From an uncultured Acidobacteriota bacterium (GTDB taxonomy: Bacteria; Acidobacteriota; Thermoanaerobaculia; Gp7-AA8), in NCBI GenBank assembly GCA_963822445.1, contig CAWGHO010000003.1:704001-768000 (forward strand): a stretch of DNA of 64,000 nt, read 5' to 3'. Each line of letters starts with the position of its first letter. The stretch's first letter is position 1. The notes under the pieces are model-generated. The model did not search any database and had not been told where the DNA came from. It saw nothing but the letters and a program-made list of their open reading frames with translations. Of this stretch, positions 1 to 9,571 are shown one piece after another. The position numbers and the translations under genes were made by a program.

Positions 1-1
1 G

Positions 2-2005
2 ACTTCGGCGAAGCTCGTCGTCGCCCAGACCGGCTGGGTGCGCGTCACCAAGCAGCAGCTCGTCGCCGCCGGCTGGGATCCGGGCACGAACAGCAAGGCC
101 ATCTCCGTCTTCGTCGACGGCATGGAGATCCCTGTCGAGATCCGGCAGGCCAATCCGAACCGCTTCGACGCGAACGACACCATCGAGTTCTTCGGCTCGG
201 GCATGGACACCGCCACCAGCGGCGCCCGCATCTACTTCGTCACCCTCGGCAAGGGCAAAGGCCTGCGCCTGAAGTCGAACAGCGGCGCGAAGAAGGGGAG
301 CGCGGCACCGGCCAGCTTCCGCTACACCTATTCGCGCAAGACCCGCACGGTCTTCTTCAGCTCCCTCACCAACAACGGCGACCGCGACAACTTCTTCGGC
401 GCCATCGTCAACACCAAGGTCTCCACCGACTCGGTCTACGTCGAGAACCTCGACCCGGCAGGCGCGCCCGCGGAGCTCGAGATCGTCCTGCAGGGCGGCA
501 TGGAGAAGTGGAATCACGTCGTCTCCGTGAAGCTCAACGGCAACGAGCTCGGCCCGGTGCGCTTCTATGGACTCGATCGCCACGTCTTCAAGACCACCGT
601 TCCGCTGACGATGCTCGTCGCCGGCAAGAACACCCTGACGTTCAAAGCGACGAATACGTCGAATGACATCAGCGTGGTCGAGGCGGTCAGCATCAACTAC
701 CCGCATCTCTATCGCGCCGACAACGACGCGCTGGCCTTCACCGCGCCGAGCGGCTCGGAAGTCGTGGTCGGTGGACTTACGACCGACGCGGTGAGCGCTG
801 TTGACGTCACCGACGCGCTCGATCCGATCCGTCTCGAGGTGAAAACGGTTGCCGGCAACGCCACGGTCGTCGTCCCCGACGGTCAGCAGCGCACGGTCCT
901 CGTCTACGCCGACTCGCGCGTTTCGGCGCCGGGTCAGGTCGTGCTCAATCAGGCCTCGACCTGGAACGACGCGAAGAACCGCGCGAACCTGGTGATCATC
1001 ACCAACCGCGCCTTCCTCGACCAGGCCACGACGCTCAAGGCCGCACGCGAGGGCGCTGGAATCGCAACGGCCGTCGTCGACGTGCAGAACCTCTACGACG
1101 AGTTCTCGTTCGGACATCACGGCCCGCAGCCGATGCGCGACTTCCTGAAGCGCGCCCAGGGCTGGGCCCTCGCGCCGAAGTACGCGATCCTCCTCGGCGA
1201 CGCGAGCTTCGACCCCCGCAATTACCTCGGCACCGGCAACTTCGACTTCGTGCCGACGAAGCTCATCGCCACCGACTGGATGAAGACGTCTTCCGACGAC
1301 TGGTTCGCCGACTTCGACGACACCGGCATCCCGGCGATGGCCATCGGCCGCATCCCCGTGCGCACCGCGGCACACGCCGCGAACGTCGTCAACAAGCTCG
1401 TGCAGCGCGGAGTCGCGCCGCCGTCAGCAACATGGACCTCGACGATCAGCCTCGTCACCGATCGTCCGGACAAGAACGCGCCGTTCGACAAGAGCAGCGC
1501 GTACCTCCAACAGGCCGTGCCCTCGTCAATGACGATCGCGCCGGTCGACTACAGGAACTTCCCGAGCAACGCCGCGACCGCGACGGCCGTGAAGAACGCG
1601 TTCAACAACGGCAGCCTGGTGATGAACTACGTGGGCCACGGCTCGGTCGAGAACTGGAGCCGCAACGCCATGACCTCGGCCATCGTCCCCACGCTCACGA
1701 ACGGCACGAAGCTTCCCTTCGTGATGTCGATGAACTGCCTCAACGGCTACTTCCACGACCTCTACAGCAATAGCCTCGGCGAAGTGCTCCTGCGCCACGC
1801 CACCGGCGGTGCCATCGGCGTCTGGGCCTCGTCCGCAACGACCTCCGCCGATCAGCAGACGCTGATGAACGCCGAAGCCCTTCGCCAGATCTTCGCCGGC
1901 GCGACGATCGGCGAAGCCGTCCTGAAAGCCAAAGCCGCCACGACGGACAAAGACGTGCGCCGCACGTTCATCCTGATGGGCGACCCCACCATGCGCCTCA
2001 AGTAA
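2..2005 (+). CDS. C25 family (gingipain-like) cysteine peptidase, 5'-partial
   Basis: Frame is open from the window edge. Motifs LLGDA, GRIP, catalytic His in YVGHGS, catalytic Cys in MNCLNG, terminal LMGDP. Confidence 0.9.
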   Translation, partial: TSAKLVVAQTGWVRVTKQQLVAAGWDPGTNSKAISVFVDGMEIPVEIRQANPNRFDANDTIEFFGSGMDTATSGARIYFVTLGKGKGLRLKSNSGAKKGSAAPASFRYTYSRKTRTVFFSSLTNNGDRDNFFGAIVNTKVSTDSVYVENLDPAGAPAELEIVLQGGMEKWNHVVSVKLNGNELGPVRFYGLDRHVFKTTVPLTMLVAGKNTLTFKATNTSNDISVVEAVSINYPHLYRADNDALAFTAPSGSEVVVGGLTTDAVSAVDVTDALDPIRLEVKTVAGNATVVVPDGQQRTVLVYADSRVSAPGQVVLNQASTWNDAKNRANLVIITNRAFLDQATTLKAAREGAGIATAVVDVQNLYDEFSFGHHGPQPMRDFLKRAQGWALAPKYAILLGDASFDPRNYLGTGNFDFVPTKLIATDWMKTSSDDWFADFDDTGIPAMAIGRIPVRTAAHAANVVNKLVQRGVAPPSATWTSTISLVTDRPDKNAPFDKSSAYLQQAVPSSMTIAPVDYRNFPSNAATATAVKNAFNNGSLVMNYVGHGSVENWSRNAMTSAIVPTLTNGTKLPFVMSMNCLNGYFHDLYSNSLGEVLLRHATGGAIGVWASSATTSADQQTLMNAEALRQIFAGATIGEAVLKAKAATTDKDVRRTFILMGDPTMRLK

Positions 2006-2011
2006 CGCGAA

Positions 2012-2093
2012 GGGGAGCGGGCGTCCCGCCCGCCCCGCGCTCGCTGCCGGGCGGAGACGCCCGGCAGAAGGCGGCCGGGACGGCCGCCGTACG
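2012..2093. repeat. REP-like multi-hairpin palindrome, family A
   Basis: GCGGGCGTCCCGCCCGC ... GCGGCCGGGACGGCCGCCGTAC. The same modules recur at 24895-25241. Confidence 0.8.
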
Positions 2094-2107
2094 GTTAAAA
2101 TGCCAGC

Positions 2108-2278
2108 GTGGCCGAGCAGGAACAGCAGCGCGTACCAGTCAATCAGAAGCCGGGTACCGGCATTGATCGAACGGTCATTCGCGACCTTCTCGTGCTCACG
2201 CCCGCGCAGCGTCTCGAGTTGATGGTCCAATCAGCTCGCAATCTCGCCGACTTCCTCGCCAAGACGCGCAGGCCGTGA
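2108..2278 (+). CDS. small 56-aa protein, putative partner/antitoxin of the downstream nucleotidyltransferase
   Basis: Hand translation MAEQEQQRVPVNQKPGTGIDRTVIRDLLVLTPAQRLELMVQSARNLADFLAKTRRP. TAAAAT lies 6 nt upstream and the stop overlaps the next start (GTGA). Confidence 0.7.
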   Translation: MAEQEQQRVPVNQKPGTGIDRTVIRDLLVLTPAQRLELMVQSARNLADFLAKTRRP

Positions 2279-2775
2279 ACAGGCCTTTCGATCCGAACGC
2301 CATCCTCCGCGTTCTGGCGCGACATCAGGTTCGTTTCATCCTGATTGGAGGTTTGGCCGGTTCATCGCTTGGCTCACCCACGATCACCATCGACCTCGAT
2401 ATCTGCTACGACCGCGAGCGATCCAATTTCTCTCCGCTCGTTGCGGCACTTCGAGAACTCGAGGTCTCCCTTCGCGGCGCGCCCCCGGGGCTCCCGTTTC
2501 AACTCGATGAGCGAACGATCGAGCTGGGAGACTCGTTCACGTTCAACACGCCTTTCGGTCCGTTCGACTGTCTCGGCACGCCATCGGGCACGAACGGCTA
2601 TGCGGATCTGCGGAAAGCCGCGACCGAGCTCACCATCGACGCCGACACGCGCATCCTCGTCTGTTCCCTCGATGACCTCATGCGCATGAAGCGTGCGGCC
2701 AACCGTCCCAAGGACCGCATCGAGCTCGAGATCCTTGCCGCCGTCAAAGAAGAGCGCGAAAAGCTCGGGCTGTGA
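2275..2775 (+). CDS. nucleotidyltransferase-fold protein (AbiEii/DUF6036-like)
   Basis: IGG-x-A...G...TIDLD and C-terminal KRAANRPKD motifs. Confidence 0.75.
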   Translation: MNRPFDPNAILRVLARHQVRFILIGGLAGSSLGSPTITIDLDICYDRERSNFSPLVAALRELEVSLRGAPPGLPFQLDERTIELGDSFTFNTPFGPFDCLGTPSGTNGYADLRKAATELTIDADTRILVCSLDDLMRMKRAANRPKDRIELEILAAVKEEREKLGL

Positions 2776-2790
2776 GTACCATTCGCGCTC

Positions 2791-5700
2791 ATGACGCGAA
2801 AGACGCTGCTGCTCTTCCTCACGCTCTTCGCCTTCACCTCCCTCGCCGCGACGTTCGATCCCGCGCAGTACAAGGCCATGCAATGGCGCGAGGTCGGGCC
2901 GTATCGCGGCGGGCGCTCCGCGGCGGTCGAGGGGATCGCGTCGCAGCCCGAACGTCTACTACTTCGGAGCGACCGGCGGCGGGGTCTGGAAGACCGTCGA
3001 CGGCGGCGAGAGCTGGAAGCCGGTCTCCGACGGATTCTTCGGCGGCTCCATCGGCGCGGTCGCCGTCGCCGAATCCGATCCCAACGTCGTTTACGTCGGC
3101 ACCGGGGAGAAGACCGTGCGCGGCAACGTCTCCCACGGCGACGGCATGTGGAAGTCCCTCGATGCCGGGAAAACATGGAAGCACATCGGTCTCGCCGACT
3201 CGCGGCACATCCCGCGCGTCCGCGTTCATCCGCGCAATCCCGATCTCGTCTACGCCGCCGCCCTCGGCCATCTGTTCGGTCCCAATCAGCAGCGCGGCGT
3301 GTACCGCAGCAAAGACGGCGGCAAGACCTGGGAGCGCATCCTCTTCGTCAACGAAAACTCCGGCGCGATCGATCTCATCCTCGATCCCGCCAACCCGCGC
3401 GTCCTTTACGCGTCGACGTGGCGCGTGCGCCGCACGCCGTATTCACTGGAGAGCGGCGGCGAAGGCTCGGCGCTGTGGAAGTCGACCGACGGCGGCGACA
3501 CCTGGATCAATCTGTCGAAAAACAAAGGCCTGCCCAAAGCGCCGCTCGGCATCATCGGCGTCAGCGTCTCCGCGTCGAATCCGCAGAACGTCTACGCCAT
3601 CGTCGAAGCAGCGGAAGGCGGCGTGTTCCGCTCGCGCGACGGCGGCGAGACCTGGGAGAAAACCAACGACGATCGCAACCTTCGCCAGCGGGCCTGGTAC
3701 TACACCCGGATCTACGCCGACCCGAAAGAGGAGGACACCGTTTACGTCCTCAACGTCGCGCTTCCACAAATCGAAAGACGGCGGCAAGACCTTCACCACC
3801 ATCGCCACGCCGCACGGCGACAATCACGACCTCTGGATCGCGCCGAACGATCCGCAGCGCATGATCGAATCGAACGACGGCGGCGCGAACGTCACCACCG
3901 ACGGCGGCCGCACCTGGACTGCGCAGGACAACCAGCCCACCGCGCAGTTCTACCGCGTCTCCACCGACAACGCCTTCCCGTACCGGCTCCTCGGCGGACA
4001 GCAGGACAACAGCGCGGTGCGCATCCGCCATCGCTCCGGCGGCAGCGGCATCGGCTTCCGCGATTGGGAAGAAACCGCAGGCGGCGAGAGCGGCCACATC
4101 GTCGCCAAGCCCGACGATCCCGACGTCGTGTTCGGCGGCTCGTACGGCGGCTATCTGACCGTGGCCAACCATCGGACCGAGGAGTTCCGGGATGTGAATC
4201 CGTGGCCGGATAATCCGATGGGGCACGGCGCGGAAGGAGCGGTCGAGCGCTTCCAGTGGAACTTCCCCATCCTCTTTTCACCGCATGACGCCAACACGCG
4301 TCTACGCCGCGTCGCAGCATCTCTTCCGCTCCACCAATGGCGGCGGGAGCTGGGAGCGCATCAGCGGCGATCTGACTCGCAACGACAAGACGAAGATGGG
4401 GCCGTCCGGCGGTCCGATCACCAAAGACAACACCTCCGTCGAGTACTACGGAACGATCTTCGCCGTCGCCGAGTCCTCACTCGAAGAGGGGCTGATCTGG
4501 GCCGCGTCCGACGACGGATTGATTCACGTCTCCCGCGACAACGCGAAGACCTGGACGAACGTCACTCCGAAAGCTGCACCCGCCGCGATCATGTGGAACT
4601 CCGTCGATCCCGGCGTCTTTGACAAAGGCGTGGCTTACGTCGCCGGCACGCAATACAAGCTCGATGACTTCCGCCCGTATCTCTTCAAGACCACGGATTA
4701 CGGCGCGACCTGGACGAAGATCGACAAAGGCATCCCTACCGATCACTTCACCCGCGTCGTGCGATCCGACAAGCGCCGCAAAGGGCTGCTCTTCGCCGGA
4801 ACCGAGCGCGGGATGTACGTCTCCTTCGACGACGGCGCGAACTGGCAGTCGCTGCAGCTCAACCTGCCGATCGTTCCGATCACCGATCTCGCCGTGCGCG
4901 ACGACGATCTCCTCGCCGCGACGCAGGGCCGCGGCTTCTGGATCCTCGACGATCTGTCACCGTTGCAGCAGGAACCGAAATCGACACGCGTTCATCTGTT
5001 CGAGCCGCGCCCGTCATGGCGCACGGGCGGATCGACTCCCGAGCGCACGCCCGCGAAGCAGGGCAAGAATCCGCCGCAGGGCCTCGTCGTGAATTACTGG
5101 ATCGGCAAGGACGTCAAAGCCGGGACGCCGGTCAAGCTCGCCTTCCTGAACGCCGACGGCTCGGTCATCCGCGAGCTCGCGGGCGAGGTGAAGCCGGCGC
5201 CGGCGAAGGTTGAAGCCCGCGAACAGAAGGACGTCGTGAAGGAAGAACCGCCCGCCGACGAGCCGAAGACCATCGGCGTGAAGAGCGAGGGAGGGGAGGC
5301 CGAGGAGAAAGATCCGAAGGTCGAGAAAGAGAAAGAGAAGAACAAGCTGCCCGATGCCCAGTACGGCCTCAATCGATTCGCGTGGAACCTGCGCTATCCC
5401 GAGGCCGCGAAGTTCGAAGGGCTGGTGCTGTGGGGTGGGGGGACGGATGGTCCGCGCGTTCCGCCGGGCACGTACAGCGTTCGCCTCACCGTCGGCGAAG
5501 AATCGCAGACCACGACCGCGCAGTTGAAGCAGGACCCGCGCACGTCCGCGTCGCAGCAAGACCTGCAGGCGCAGTTCGATTTCCTGCTGGCCGCGAATCG
5601 CAAGCTCACCGAGATCCACGAACAGATCGAGCGCATCCGCGAGGTGCGCACACAGCTCGCCGGCATCCGCAAACGCGCCGGCAAGGACGAAGCCGCGAAA

Positions 5701-6009
5701 CCGCTCGTCGACGCGGCGAAAGACCTCGACAAGAAGATGACCGCGATCGAGGAAGCGCTCTACCAGACGAAGAATCGCAGCTCCCAGGACCCGCTCAATT
5801 TCCCGATCCGGCTCAACGACAAACTGGCCAGCGTGGCCGACTCCGCATCGTCGGGCGACGCGGCCCCAACTGCCCAGCAGCGAGCGGTTTACGCGCAGCT
5901 GGTGACTCAGATCGATGCCGAGCTGGCGAAGCTCCGCGAGCTCTGGGAAAAGGACCTCCCGGCACTCAACACCATGGTCAAAACCTCGGAGGTGCCGGCC
6001 ATCAAATAA
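2791..6009 (+). CDS. secreted VPS10/BNR-repeat glycosyl-hydrolase-like protein, three frameshifts (~2950, ~3760, ~4290)
   Basis: Signal peptide, WREVGPYRGGRS, repeated SxDGGxTW Asp-boxes continuing across four ORF segments, coiled-coil C-terminus. Confidence 0.85.
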
Positions 6010-6032
6010 CTGTGTAGACTCTCCCGGTACCC

Positions 6033-7628
6033 ATGGGCCCGATCCTCGTTCTCCTCGCTCTCATCGCCGTCACCGACCCGCCGCCCGACAATCTGAAGGT
6101 CACGTTCGCCGCGCCGCCGGCGCCGTCGCGTGATCAGCCCGTGACTTGGCGGGTGAAGATCGAAAACATCTCGGGCGCCGAGCTCCCGCCGACGAAGATC
6201 TACTTCCGGTTCTATCCCGGACGCATCCAGTCGCTCGATCCAGAGCTTCCGTGCTCGCCGCAAACCGACGGCGGGTATAGCTGCGACTTTCCCACGTTCG
6301 AAGCAGGCGGCTCGAGAGAGTTCGTCGCCTCCGTGCAGCATCCGTTTCGCTACGGACGAACCTCGGCTTCCGTCGGCGCCTCCTATGTCTATGTCTACGG
6401 GATGCCCGAAAGCCACAGCAGTGTGGTGACCTACTGGCTGGATTTTCCCGTGACCACGAGCGCGGACGCCGGTCCTGGTTCGCTCCGCCAGACCATTCAC
6501 GACGTCAATTCCTCGCGGGATTGCCGCCTGGCCTGGCCGGAGTGGTCGAACCCTTGCCGGGTCGTGTTCGACATCGCCGATCCGCTTCCGTCAGAAGGTT
6601 GGTACACGATTCGGTTGCGCTCTCCTCTGCCTCCGATGCTGGCGTACGACATGGGGATCGACGGCACGACCCAGACCTCGAGCAGGCCCGGTCCGGCGAT
6701 CTTCATCGACGGCTCCTCGCTCCCCTCGGGTCACGGCCTCGTCGCCGACTCCGCGGGCATTGGTTCGCACGCGGAGATCCGTGGTCTGGCCATCGGCGGA
6801 TTCCCCGGCGACGGCATCCACGTCACCGTGCGATCCGAGGCTCTGGTCGAAGGTTGCTACGTCGGTGTCGATCCGACCGGATCGCGCGCGCATCCCAACG
6901 GCTTGCGCGGAATCTCCAGCGAGACCATGCGAGGTTGGATCAGCAACAACGTGATCAGCGGCAACCGTCGCAGCGGCGTGTTTTTCATGGGCCAGCCGAG
7001 TGTCGGTCCGCAGATCCGCGACAACCGGATCGGCGTTGCCGCGCACGACGACACTCCCATCGGCAACGGCGCGAGCGGCATTTTCATCGCCGACTTCTGG
7101 GGCGCGTACAACTACCCGAGCATCGCCGGCAACGTCATCGCCAACAACGCGGACTTCGGCGTCGCGCTCACGGCCAACGCACCGATGTTGATTCTCGCGA
7201 ACTCGATCAGGAACAACGGTCAGGGTGGAATCGACATCGGACTCGATGGTCCGACGCTGTCCGCCCCCGGCGTTCCGGGCGTGGAGCGTGGTGTCATTCC
7301 GGTGCCGGTGATTCAGTCCGCGATCTACAAGGACGGCGTGACGACGATCAAAGGCATCGCGGACGCGGGAAACAATCGACGCGAGGTTTATCTGTACGCG
7401 AATTCCACGCTCGAAGCGGACGGCTTCGCGGAAGGGGAGCAGTTCCTCGGCAAGACCTCGGTCACCCACCGCGAGAACACGGGCTTCACGTTCGAGTATC
7501 CGGGCGACCTGCGCGGCAAGTTCATCAACGGCAACGCCGTCGCGGTCACGTTCTGGGGCTGGGACGAGTACGCGTACACGAGCTCGGAGTTCGGACGGGC
7601 CGTGCCGGTTGAAGATGGTATGCGGTAG
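6033..7628 (+). CDS. secreted right-handed beta-helix repeat protein with N-terminal Ig/DUF11-like domain
   Basis: Signal peptide, DAGPGSLRQ motif, NVISGN/GNVIANN repeats, terminal TSSEFG. Confidence 0.75.
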   Translation: MGPILVLLALIAVTDPPPDNLKVTFAAPPAPSRDQPVTWRVKIENISGAELPPTKIYFRFYPGRIQSLDPELPCSPQTDGGYSCDFPTFEAGGSREFVASVQHPFRYGRTSASVGASYVYVYGMPESHSSVVTYWLDFPVTTSADAGPGSLRQTIHDVNSSRDCRLAWPEWSNPCRVVFDIADPLPSEGWYTIRLRSPLPPMLAYDMGIDGTTQTSSRPGPAIFIDGSSLPSGHGLVADSAGIGSHAEIRGLAIGGFPGDGIHVTVRSEALVEGCYVGVDPTGSRAHPNGLRGISSETMRGWISNNVISGNRRSGVFFMGQPSVGPQIRDNRIGVAAHDDTPIGNGASGIFIADFWGAYNYPSIAGNVIANNADFGVALTANAPMLILANSIRNNGQGGIDIGLDGPTLSAPGVPGVERGVIPVPVIQSAIYKDGVTTIKGIADAGNNRREVYLYANSTLEADGFAEGEQFLGKTSVTHRENTGFTFEYPGDLRGKFINGNAVAVTFWGWDEYAYTSSEFGRAVPVEDGMR

Positions 7629-7707
7629 GCAGTAGGCGGTAGGCGGGAGAACGATCATCCACCGCCTACCGCCTACCGCGAGCGGCGAAGCCGCGAACCG
7701 CCTACCG
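7624..7707. repeat. heptamer tandem-repeat hairpin (GGTAGGC)n/(CCGCCTA)n
   Basis: Three forward 7-mers and three reverse-complement copies. Supplies the TAG of the upstream gene. Confidence 0.7.
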
Positions 7708-8436
7708 ATCCGTATCGGGCTTTGCGGCTGGACCATCAACGCCGAGGAGTACTTCGCGTCGTTCGATACGCTCGAGGTGCAGCAGACGTTTTATGAACCG
7801 CCGTCGCGCGAGACCATGTCGCGCTGGCGTGACGCGGCGCCGCCCGGATTCATCTTCACCATCAAAGCGTGGCAGCTCATCACCCATCGCTCCACGAGCA
7901 ACACCTACCGGCGATTGAAGAGCGAAGTGAATCGCGACGAAGTCGGCGCGTTTCAGGTCAACGACACCACAATGCGCGGCTGGAAGGTCACTCGCGACTG
8001 CGCGAAGCTGCTGCGGGCGAAAGCGATCCTCTTTCAATGTCCGGCGAGCTTCCGGGCGACCGAGGAGAACGTCGCGAACATGCGGCGCTTCTTTGCGAGC
8101 ATCGAGCGGCTCGAAGGCGTCGATTACCTGTGGGAGCCGCGCGGGCCGTGGCCCGATGACCTGCTCGTCGAAGTCTGCAGCGAGCTCGATCTCGTCCACA
8201 CGGTCGATCCCTTCCTGCGCGATTCCGTGACGCCGGAGCTGACCTACTGGCGGCTGCACGGCATCAAGAATCACTACCACACCTATACCGACGACGAGTT
8301 GCGCTCGCTGGCCGTGCGCGTTCCGCGCGCAGGGGAGACGTACGTGATGTTCAACAACATCCCCCGCGCCGGCGACGCGAAGCGTTTCGCGACGTTCATG
8401 CACCAGACCGGACAACCTCCCGCAACGCAGCCGTGA
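7708..8436 (+). CDS. DUF72 family protein (start uncertain)
   Basis: IRIGLCGW...LEVQQTFY, FTIKA...ITH, YWRLHG, YVMFNN. Homology extends upstream of the 7777 GTG. Confidence 0.85.
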   Translation: MRIGLCGWTINAEEYFASFDTLEVQQTFYEPPSRETMSRWRDAAPPGFIFTIKAWQLITHRSTSNTYRRLKSEVNRDEVGAFQVNDTTMRGWKVTRDCAKLLRAKAILFQCPASFRATEENVANMRRFFASIERLEGVDYLWEPRGPWPDDLLVEVCSELDLVHTVDPFLRDSVTPELTYWRLHGIKNHYHTYTDDELRSLAVRVPRAGETYVMFNNIPRAGDAKRFATFMHQTGQPPATQP

Positions 8437-8493
8437 ACGCCATTGCTGTCAGAGATGGACGGACCAACGTTGCTGCAGCAAGGGAGGTAATCA

Positions 8494-8627
8494 ATGTCCA
8501 TTGTTCTGGTTCTGTTGCTCACGTTCTTTGGCGCTTCCGTCGACGACGGCAACGGTTTCGATCCCCTCGGCGGACCGCGCATCGGCAGCACGGGTGACGA
8601 GGGAAACGGCTTCGATCCTCACGCTAG
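8494..8627 (+). CDS. small secreted peptide with duplicated D-[DE]-GNGFDP motif (stop shifted by one base)
   Basis: Strong RBS AGGGAGGT, hydrophobic leader, DDGNGFDPLG and DEGNGFDPH, out-of-frame TAG at 8625 followed by a REP hairpin. Confidence 0.55.
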
Positions 8628-8629
8628 CC

Positions 8630-8680
8630 GTACGGCGAGCGTCCCGCTCGCACCGCGCCGGGCGTCCGCGCCCGGCGCTC
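8630..8680. repeat. REP-like palindrome, family A variant
   Basis: GTACGGCGAGCGTCCCGCTCGC and GCGCCGGGCG-TCCG-CGCCCGGCGC hairpins. Confidence 0.65.
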
Positions 8681-8697
8681 TTGTACACTCGCTGGCG

Positions 8698-9201
8698 ATG
8701 TTTCATAGCGCCTCCCACAGTCTCAACCGCCTTCGCTCCCAGCTCGCGCAAATGCGCACCCTCGCCGAAGCCGGCGATCCGCAACTCTTCGCAACCGCAC
8801 AATGCTCCGCGTGGTGCGCATCGGAGCATCTCGATCACATCGTGAAAGTCTCCGCGTCGATCGTGAACCGTCTCCTGCAGGTGGACGCGCCGGCCTCCGC
8901 GGGCGTATCGCCGCTCGGCCGGATCATCCTCGCCGTCGGGCGGATTCCACGCGGGAAAGGCAGAGCGCCGGAGCGTCTGCGCGGCGAACGCGTGGCCGCC
9001 GCGGAGTTGCAGGCGTCCCTGGCGAAACTGGAGGAGAAAATCGCGCTGCTTTCCGACGTTCATCTCGCCGAAAAGCGCGGAGCGATCGTCCCTCATCCTC
9101 GCTTCGGTGGCCTGCGCCCGGGACAGGCCCTGCGCTTCGCGGCGGTCCACAACGACCACCATTTGCGGATCATCCGGGATATTTTGAGGAAGAGTGATTA
9201 G
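8698..9201 (+). CDS. DinB/DUF1569-like metalloprotein
   Basis: WCASEHLDH, HPRFG and HNDHH motifs. TACACT lies 8 nt upstream of the ATG. Confidence 0.75.
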   Translation: MFHSASHSLNRLRSQLAQMRTLAEAGDPQLFATAQCSAWCASEHLDHIVKVSASIVNRLLQVDAPASAGVSPLGRIILAVGRIPRGKGRAPERLRGERVAAAELQASLAKLEEKIALLSDVHLAEKRGAIVPHPRFGGLRPGQALRFAAVHNDHHLRIIRDILRKSD

Positions 9202-9288
9202 TGGTTAGTGATTAGTGGTTAGTGATTAGTGATTAGGAGAACCGAGCACGCTACCTTCCTAATCACTAACGACTAACCACTAATCACT
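9193..9288. repeat. heptamer tandem-repeat hairpin (AGTG[AG]TT)6/(AA[TC][CG]ACT)4
   Basis: Directly visible inverted arrays; probable terminator. Confidence 0.8.
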
Positions 9289-9332
9289 TCGTCAGTGCTA
9301 TTCTCCCCCGCCTGTTCTTTCCCAACTTCGTT

Positions 9333-9485
9333 CTGAAGTGGTGTACGGGAAGCCGGTGTGATACCGGCGCGGCCCCCGCCACTGTAACCGGCGACGAATC
9401 ACGCTGAGGCATCGACCCCCACTGCGAAAGCGGGAAGGGCAGCGCGACGAGGACGACCCGGAAGCCAGGAGACCGGCCACTTCAG
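9333..9485 (+). ncRNA. cobalamin (B12) riboswitch
   Basis: GGGAA, GCCCCCGCCACTGTAA, CCACTG...GGGAAGG and the B12 box AGCCAGGAGACC. Closing stem CTGAAGTGG/CCACTTCAG. Lies upstream of a TonB receptor. Confidence 0.93.
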
Positions 9486-9571
9486 AGCCCACAGAGTTCC
9501 TCCGGGGTGTGAGGAGCGGCTGGCGTCGACTCTTCACGCCTCCGCTTCGGAGGGAAGCGAAAGGAGTCGTC

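Noticed and set aside
2791-6009. Programmed frameshifting or pseudogenisation in the glycosyl hydrolase, radical SAM and ABC genes
   Set aside because: Single-base indels are scattered over unrelated, otherwise intact genes with no slippery motifs or in-frame decay. Long-read consensus error is more parsimonious, though reads are needed to confirm.
8494-9201. 235-aa signal-peptide-DinB fusion from the ORF track
   Set aside because: The join runs through a REP hairpin and DinB has its own -10 box and ATG; most likely a one-base deletion.
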